From Eledone cirrhosa (Eukaryota), in contig OZ024740.1 in assembly GCA_964016885.1 (NCBI GenBank), positions 60,636,001 through 60,700,000 of the forward strand: a DNA stretch of 64,000 bases, given 5' to 3'. The notes under the pieces are model-generated. The model was not told the DNA's origin, did no database searches, and saw only the letters and a list, made by a program, of their open reading frames with translations. How positions within the stretch are numbered: the stretch's first letter is position 1; each line of letters begins with the position of its first letter. Below are positions 55,919 to 64,000 of this stretch, piece by piece. Both the position numbers and the translations under genes were made by a program.

Positions 55919-56229
55919 AAATCCTGGTGTATTTATTGGCATTGGGTTTTAAAAACAAAAATATAATCTATATGAAAGTGAGGGTGGAGAAGGAAGAAGG
56001 AAAGGAAAAATAAACACACATGCAAACACACACACACACACACACACACAATTATATACATACACATATATATATATATACATACACGCATACATACACA
56101 CACTCATATACAGACACACACATATATACGTGTATATATACATACACATACATATACACATACATAGAGATTTAGAGATAATATATTAAAACAGAGTGGA
56201 TAAGATTGTAGAAATATTATAAGTGTAAT

Positions 56230-57097
56230 TATAATTTATATATAGTTCTAAACGTTGAATTTAGGCGATGTCTACAATAACTAAATAAATTCGTCCTTAT
56301 ATTAATAGAGTTCTGACATTTAAGTATGAAGAAAATTTCCTCAACACACAATTTGCAAAATCTAGATAAAGCTGTGTTTCAGTACGCGGGTACTCTTGAA
56401 ATTATTTCCCAAGTTAAAGAATAGTCCATATTTTTGCATTTTAAATTCCATATCAGGTTTGAAAGAGAAGTTGAAGATTTGTTATCAAGTCTTTGGAAAG
56501 AGCATTTGTGATTATTCCAGCGACTTTTAAATTCTGTAGAAGTTGCACCTACATAGTTAAATATATTATCACTGGTTTTGACTGTGCATTTATAGACCAC
56601 GTCCTTATCTAAGCACTTATTTTTTAAAGGACAGTTTAATTTAATTCTACAGTTACATTTTGCGGAGTTGATGTTATTCGGAACGGTACTATTATGTTGG
56701 ATAATGCTAGAGATATTACTGCTATTTTGGTTATGGTTTAAATTTCTATTATTGATTCTATTTATATTTCGTGCTATGTTCATAGTAGTAGAGTAAGATA
56801 GTTTTATTGTATGTCTGTTAAAGATTGAGTGGTATCTATGGGCTTTAGGAAAACATTTATCTAGTGCTTTAAAGAATAGCTTTGCTGAAAGTGTTTTAAT
56901 GCTTAATGAGAATGGGAGTGAGTATCAAATATTATTTCTAGTTCTATTTCTTCTGTTAGTTTTAGAGTTTAAGTTAGATTTTTTATTGTAATTATAATTA
57001 ATAGTAGGGTTATTTGCCTTATCACTGTTGTCGATGTATTTAATCTTATTTATATAGCCTGCTCTATTTAAAGCTTCATTATAATATTCTGCCATAT
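56230..57097 (-). mobile_element. Penelope-like element 3' fragment (RT thumb/linker plus GIY-YIG endonuclease), disrupted
   Basis: YYNEALNRAGY, CNCRIKLNCPLKNKC, VVYKC..YVGAT..FKSRWNNH, SLSNLIW..WEII, CKLCVEE, CRH. Confidence 0.9.
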
Positions 57098-57250
57098 CGT
57101 CAACAATGGCCATTTAATATCATTCAATATTTACTCCAGTAAGTTGTTGAGTGCTCTAAATCAGTTATAAATATTTATGTTTGTCGGACTTCCAACAAAT
57201 TAAATACAACTTCTACTTATATATATATATATATATATATATACTTAATG

Positions 57251-59072
57251 TCATCATCATTTTATGTCCGCTTTTCCCTGCTTGCAAGGGTGGGATGGGT
57301 CTTATTCAGCACAGCATCTCTCCACTTGTCATGGTCCTTCGTCATCTCCACCGTGAACTTCAGCGATCTGAAGTCTGTTTGCACCACCTCCGCCCATGTT
57401 TTTCATGGTCTACCTCTACCACGTCTTCCTTCAACTGGTATTTCCTGGCACTTCTTCACCCATCGGTCATCCTCCATGCACATCACATGTCCATACCACC
57501 GCAGTCTCCTCTTTCGCACACTAAATTCTCTCCCTCTCAGACAGTTTCTCTCTCAACACATCCATGCTGGGTCATTCACGCACATTGACATTTCACATCC
57601 AACAGAGCATGCTTGCCTCATTTCTCTCCAGCCGTCGCATATCCTCTGCAGTTGCTGCCTATGTCTCACTACCATGCAGCATCGCGCTCCTCACACAAGC
57701 ATCATATAACCGACCTTTCGTACGCAGGGAGAAACCCTTCCTCGTCAGCAGAGGAAGCAGCTCCCTAAACTTCTTCCAGCCCGTCCTTATTCTAGATACT
57801 ATGGCCTCGGAACACCCCCTCCCATGCTAATCTGGTCTCCTAGGTACCGGAAGCTATCCACCACTTCTATAGCACCCGCCTGCATTTGAAAAATGTGTCT
57901 ATCAATGCGACTTCTACTGTCTAATGTCCCTGTACATCTACTGCATACATATTTCTCCCTACCTGTTAGTTTGCCTGCTATCCCACTACATCTCTCGTGT
58001 ACCCAGGATCTGCATTGTGTACATTTTATAGAATTTATGCGAGTTCCTTTTCTGCATATCGAACATGGCCATTTCCCTGACGGAATCAGAGTTTTGTCCT
58101 CTTTTCTACTTATCAACACTTTTGTCTTAGCTAGGTTCACTCTCAGTCCTCTTGCTTCCAAATGCTGTTTCCATAGCCAGAATTTATTCTCTAGCTCCTC
58201 TGCTGATTCTGCCATAAGTACCAGATCGTCAGCATAGAGAAGTTCCATGGACAGCCAGTCTTAAACTCCTCTGTTATGGCTTGGAGGACTATAATGAACA
58301 AGAGCAGGCTGAGGACCGAACCTTGATGTACTCCTACTTGTATCTGGAATTTCTCACTAAACTCCATTCCTACCCTGACTTTACTGACAGCACCTCTGTA
58401 CAAAGTTTGCACTGTCCTCACCAGCCATTCCTCAACACCTAGTTTCCTTAGGGACCACCAGATGACAGATAGGAGTACCCTATCAAAGGCCTTCTCTAGG
58501 TCAACAAAGGCTAAGTATACTGGCTTATTCTTCTCTAAGAACCTCTCTTGTAATTGTCTCACCAAGAAAAGGGCATCTGTTGTACTTTTCCCAGGCACAA
58601 AACCAAACTGCATCTCATCTAGTTTGACCCGTTCTCTAATTAGTTGTGCTAATATCCTTTCTGCCACTTTCATAACCTGATCCATCAGTTTTATACCCCT
58701 ATAATTGCTCCTCTCCAGAGCATCCCCTTTACTTTGTAGCAATTTATGAGAATACTGCTGCACCAGTCTTTGGGTATGACACCACCATATATAGCCTGAT
58801 TGATGATGCGTGCAACCAGTTTAGTGCCTACGTCCCCTGATGCCTTCAGCATCTCAGCAACTATCCCTGACGGTCCAGCAGCCTAACCATTTTTCATTTC
58901 CTTAATCGCCTCTTGGACCCTATATTCGTCAATCTCAATAGCTGGTCCCTCTGTCTGATCTACTAAGGGTAATTTCTCGCTCTCCCATTCGTTCTCCACA
59001 TTCATCAGTCTCTCATAACGACATTTCCAGGCCTCCTTTTTCTGATCATTTGTGATACTAAGTACACCGGCA
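57251..59072 (-). mobile_element. RTE LINE subfamily 3, frameshifted, short 3' UTR
   Basis: Pieces NYRGIKL, DLEKAFD, QGSVLS, LLYADD, PHD finger; (GAT)n tail. Confidence 0.92.
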
Positions 59073-59130
59073 TATATATATATATACTTTATATTTATAT
59101 ATATATACTTTATATATATATATATATAAT

Positions 59131-61748
59131 AAATTTCAAAGCATATTACTTGATGCTTTCGACAGTAAGGAAGAACATTTAGAGTCGGACAATATAGAGG
59201 GAGAGTGGGAATTTCTGAAAGCAAACCTGCTGTTGGCGACAGACGAAGTCTGTGGCTGGAGCAGGCCTATAGGCAGGAGGAAAGTAACATGGTGGTGGAA
59301 CAGTAAGGTGGAGGGGTCAATTAAGGCCAAAAAGCAGGCTTGGAAAGTATGGCGGGATGGGGGAAGTAGAGAAGACTATCAAGTGGCCAGGAGGGAAGCT
59401 AGGAGACAAGTGTACTTAGCAAGAAGGGAAGCTGAGGAAAGAAAGTTCAAGCATGTTCTACAACGCGATGACCAAAAACGTGAGGTGTTCAGGATTGCTA
59501 GGCAATGCGTCAAGGAAAACCGTGATATTGTCGGGGAGAAGTGTGTACTAAACGACGATGGCATACTTGCCATCACCGACGCTGATAAGAAGGTAGCTTG
59601 GAAGTGTCACTATGAAAGGCTACTAAATGAGGAGAATAAATGGGAGAAAGACAGTCTCCCCCATATCGACCCAATAGAGGGACCAGCAGTGTTAGTCGAG
59701 GGGAGTATAATAAGTAAGGCAATCAAGGATATGAAGACGGGTAAGGCGGCTGGGCCTTCGGAAATAGTTGCTGAGATGCTGAAGGCATCTGGCACGGTGG
59801 GACACACCATGGTCACCCGCATAGTTAACCAAGTCGTACAGAATGGGGTTGTTCCGAAGGACTGGCATAGCAGCATCATCGTTAAGTGTTATAAGGGTAA
59901 AGGAGACGCCCTAGATAGGAGTAACTATAGAGGCATTAAATTAATCGACCAGGTCATGAAGGTCACGGAAAAAGTAATAGCGCAACTAATCAGAGAGAGA
60001 ATTGACCTAGATGAAATGCAGTTCGGGTTTGTGTCAGGCAAAAGTACCACAGATGCTCTTTTCATAGTACGACAACTACAGGAGAAGTACCTAGCTAAAG
60101 GTAAACCCCTCTACTTAGCTTTTGTCGACTTGGAGAAAGCCTTCGACAGAGTCCCCCGCTCCATTATCTGGTGGGCTCTTAGAAAACTAGGCGTTGACGA
60201 ATGGCTTGTGAGGGCTATACAAGCCATGTATAAAGAAACAGTCAGCAAGGTTAGAATTAACAACGAATATAGTGAAGAGTTTAGCGTAAAAGTTGGCGTC
60301 CATCAGGGCTCTGTTCTCAGCCCCCTACTATTTATTATTGCCCTTCAGGCTATAACAGAGGAGTTCAAGACAGGCTGCCCATGGGAACTCCTATACGCAG
60401 ACGACCTGACACTCATAGCGGAATCAATGGCCGAGCTAGAGAAGAAATTCCAAACATGGAAGCACGGCCTCGAGTCAAAAGGACTTAAAATTAACCTGGC
60501 TAAGACCAAAGTTCTAGTTTGTAGGAAAGAAAACAAGGCGGCGATCCCTTCTGGGAAATGGTCATGCTCGGTGTGTAGGAAAGGCGTAGGTAGAAACTCC
60601 ATTTTATGTCCCAAATGCAAAGTATGGGTGCATAAAAGATGTAGTGGGATCACAGGTAAGCTAACTAAGAACATAGATTTTACATGTGGCCAGTGTTCTG
60701 GTGCAATAAGTAGCAGCAAGTGCCCACAAAATACTAGCTCTTTCAATTGCGCAGAGGGTTCTATAGAAATAGTGGACAGCTTCCGTTACCTGGGCGATAA
60801 AATCAGCAGTGGGGGAGGGTGCTCTGAAAGTACTGTAGCTAGAGTCAGAACTGGTTGGAAAAAGTTCAGAGAGCTTATACCACTATTAGCTGCTAAAGGG
60901 TTCTCCCTAAAAATGAAAGGCAGGTTGTACGATGCCTGCATACGAACAGCAATGCTGCATGGCAGTGAGACCTGGGCATTGTGTGCAGAGGATATACGCA
61001 GACTAGAGAGGAACGAAGCTTGCATGCTCCGCTGGATGTGTAACAGTAATATACGTGAACGGCAAAGCATAAACGAACTAAGGAAAAAATTAGAGATAAG
61101 AGGGATCAGATGTTGTTTACTCGAGAGAAGGCTACGTTGGTATGGACACGTGATGCGCATGAAAGTCGATAGCTGTATAACAAAGTGCAGGGCAATAAAG
61201 ATAGACGGTAGTCACGGAATAGGCAGACCTAGAAAAACCTGGGACGAGCTGATAAACTCCGACATCACACACTTACACCTCTCCAAGACAATGTCACTGG
61301 ACCGAGACCTTTGGCGGTACTCAGTAACAGAGAAGACCCGCCTTACCTAAATATATAGTAAAACCTACTCCAGCCAGTAGGCATCTCTAACAAAATACAC
61401 CCCGTCCCACCACCACCACCCCCACCCCATCCATACCACCCCGTTCTATGTAAAGTTATGTTGGTGCCGCGCCATCCAGGCCGAAACAAATGAGATCGTG
61501 TAGGTGTCACGACAAAAAAACACACAGACCACGCTGTAATGTGGCCGTGTAGGCAACACGGTAAAAACCTCCCAGACCCACACTGTAAATGTGGTTGGTG
61601 TTAGGAAGGGCATCCAACTGTAGAAAACCTGCCAGACAGTCCTATGCGAGCAAGACAATCACTCTTGCCTCAAGTGGGACTACCCCCGTCCAAACCCATG
61701 CAAGCGTGGAACACGGACGTTAAACGTTGATGATGATGATGATGATGA
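59131..61748 (+). mobile_element. RTE LINE subfamily 1, longest copy (lacks APE, 5'-truncated)
   Basis: Uninterrupted reading frame, 3' UTR and (GAT)n tail. Confidence 0.97.
59233..61350 (+). CDS. RTE reverse transcriptase with embedded PHD finger (705 aa, frame open from the truncation point at 59131)
   Basis: TWWWN, GKAAGP, YKGKGD..NYRGIKL, QFGF, DLEKAFD, QGSVLSP, YADD, RLRWYGHV, GRPRKTW. Confidence 0.9.
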   Translation: MATDEVCGWSRPIGRRKVTWWWNSKVEGSIKAKKQAWKVWRDGGSREDYQVARREARRQVYLARREAEERKFKHVLQRDDQKREVFRIARQCVKENRDIVGEKCVLNDDGILAITDADKKVAWKCHYERLLNEENKWEKDSLPHIDPIEGPAVLVEGSIISKAIKDMKTGKAAGPSEIVAEMLKASGTVGHTMVTRIVNQVVQNGVVPKDWHSSIIVKCYKGKGDALDRSNYRGIKLIDQVMKVTEKVIAQLIRERIDLDEMQFGFVSGKSTTDALFIVRQLQEKYLAKGKPLYLAFVDLEKAFDRVPRSIIWWALRKLGVDEWLVRAIQAMYKETVSKVRINNEYSEEFSVKVGVHQGSVLSPLLFIIALQAITEEFKTGCPWELLYADDLTLIAESMAELEKKFQTWKHGLESKGLKINLAKTKVLVCRKENKAAIPSGKWSCSVCRKGVGRNSILCPKCKVWVHKRCSGITGKLTKNIDFTCGQCSGAISSSKCPQNTSSFNCAEGSIEIVDSFRYLGDKISSGGGCSESTVARVRTGWKKFRELIPLLAAKGFSLKMKGRLYDACIRTAMLHGSETWALCAEDIRRLERNEACMLRWMCNSNIRERQSINELRKKLEIRGIRCCLLERRLRWYGHVMRMKVDSCITKCRAIKIDGSHGIGRPRKTWDELINSDITHLHLSKTMSLDRDLWRYSVTEKTRLT

Positions 61749-61749
61749 T

Positions 61750-61790
<41 letters not shown>

Positions 61791-61792
<2 letters not shown>

Positions 61793-62700
61793 GGGAGGGT
61801 GCGCTGAAAGTATAGTAGCTAGAGTCAGAACGGGATGGAAAAAGTTCAGAGAGCTTATACCACTATTGGCCGCTAAAGGGTTCTCTCTAAAAATGAAAGG
61901 CAGGCTGTATGATGCCTGCATACAAACAGCAATGTTACATGGCAGTGAGATCTGGGTATTGTGTGCAGAGGATATACGCAGACTGGAGAGAAACGAAGCT
62001 TGCATGCTCCGCTGGATGTGTAATAGTAATATACGTGAATGGCAAAGCATAAACGAACTAAGGGAGAAATTAGGAATAAGAGGGATCAGATGTTGTTTAC
62101 TCGAGAGAAGACTACGTTCGTACGGTCATGTGATGCGCATGAAAGACAACAGCTGTATAAAAAAGTGCAGGGCGATAAAAATAGACGGTAGCCACGGAGT
62201 AGGCAGACCCAGAAAAACCTGGGACGACTTGATAAGTTCCGACCTCACACACTTTCACCTCTCCAAGACAATGTCACTGGACCGAGATCTTTGGCGCTAC
62301 ACAGTCATACAGAAGACCCGCCTGGCCTAAGTACAAAGCAAAACCTACAGTCAGTAGGCACCTCTAACAAAATACACCCCCGTCCCACTACCCCCACCCC
62401 ATCCACACTTAAATGTGAAGTTATGTTGGTACCACAACATCCAGTCCGAAACAAATGAGGTCGTGTAGATGCACGACAAAAAAACACACAGTCCATACTG
62501 TAATGTGGCTGTGTAGGTAACACGGTAAAAACCTCCCAGTTCTACACTGTAACGTGGTTGGTGTTAGGAAGGGCATCCAGCCGTAGAAAACCCGCTAGAC
62601 AGTCCTATACGAGCAGGACAACAAATCTTGCCTCAAGTGGGAAAACTCCCGTCCAAACCCATGCAAGCGTGGAAGATGGACGTTAAACGATGATGATGAT
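61791..62700 (+). mobile_element. RTE subfamily 1b, 5'-truncated
   Basis: ORF 61866-62330; tail meets the next element's tail. Confidence 0.92.
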
Positions 62701-64000
62701 CATCATCATCATCATCATCATCACCGTTTTACGTCCGTTCTTCCACGCTAGCATGGGTTAGACGGGTTGTCCTGTTGTGGGCAGTGTCTGGTCGGCTGAC
62801 CATGCCTTGCTCATACAGGAACTGATCTGGCTTGATTTCTACAGCTGGATGCCCTTCCTAACACCAACCTCATTTACAGTGAGTGCTGGGTGCTTTTTCG
62901 TGGCGCCTACACGTCCACTTTACAGTGTGGGCTGGGTGCTTTTTTGCCGTGGCACCTCCACGACCACCTTGCGGTGGGGGGGGGGGGGCATATTGTTTAT
63001 ATGCTTCAGCATGTACCCATGGGAGGTCGGGTACCCTGTATTACTGCATGACGCCAGAAGTCACGGTCGTGTGTCATTGACTTTGAGAGGTGTAGTTGGG
63101 TAAGGTCGGCTTTTATCACCTCATCCCAAGTCATCTTGGGTCTCCCCACTCCGCGGTTTCCATCAACTTCTAGTGCTCTGCACCTTTTTATGCAGCTGTC
63201 ATCCTTCATACGCATCACATGTCCATACCAGCGTAACCGCCTCTCCTGCACGCAGCATTTGATTCCTCTTATGCTCAGTCTCTCTCTCAATTCATTTATG
63301 CTTTGTCGTTCACGTATATTACTGTTACACATCCATCGGAGCATGCAGGCTTCGTTTCTCTCTAATCTACGTAAGTCTTCCACCTTCAGCGCCCAGGTCT
63401 CACTACCATGCAACATCGCTGTTCGGATACACGCATCATACAGTCTGCCTTTCATTCTGAGGGAGAAGCCTTTTGCAGCTAGCAGTGGTAGTAGTTCCCT
63501 AAACTTCTTCCATCCCGTTCTTACCCTAGTTATTGTACTTTCTGAGCACCCACCTCCGTTGCTAATTCGGTCACCTAGGTAGCAGAAGCTGTCTACTGTT
63601 TCTACAGGGCCCTCCCAGAGATTGGTGGTACTTGTTTCCTGTGGCTGTTTGCTTGCTGTTTCAGCACAGCTGCTGCATGTGAATCCTACATTCTTAATTA
63701 AGCTTCCTGAGATCCCGCTACATCTCTTGTGTACCCATTGTTTGCATTTGGGGCAAAGAATGGAGTTCCTACCTACACCTTTCCTACATACTGAGCAAGG
63801 CCATTTCCCTGAGGGGATCTGGGTTCTGTTTTCTCGTCTACTTATAAGGACCTTAGTCTTTGTCATGTTGACTTTGAGGCCCTTTCTCTCTAGTCCCTGC
63901 TTCCAGGTTTGGAATTTATTCTCTAGTTCTACCATAGATTCAGCTATGAGTGCGAGGTCATCAGCATACAGGAGTTCCCATGGGCATCCGGTCTTAAACT
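62701..64000 (-). mobile_element. RTE subfamily 2 (continues beyond the window); ORF 63006 to >63935
   Basis: Near-identical to 34563-35870, with YADD intact. Confidence 0.95.

Overview
AT-rich eukaryotic DNA with no recognisable host protein-coding gene. The SINE/LINE repertoire and dense (TA)n/(TATG)n/(GAT)n microsatellites suggest an octopus-like cephalopod, which is an inference. The window is dominated by about 11 5'-truncated RTE-clade LINE copies (at least 3 subfamilies, all with a PHD finger inside the RT C-terminal region), two tRNA-derived SINE families, a ~5.3-kb 21-bp satellite, an R4/Dong-like RLE element, a Penelope-like GIY-YIG fragment and several DNA-transposon remnants/MITEs. 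The best unexplained signal is a non-coding trimer of ~500-bp units (39604-41113). Each unit carries an intact minimal type I hammerhead ribozyme and the array has a Penelope-style 5' inversion, making it a candidate retrozyme/circular-RNA element. Further hammerheads lie at 46165-46224, 55858-55918 (downstream of the Penelope ORF) and 45791-45826 (degenerate). All alignments and folds were done by eye, so boundaries are approximate.
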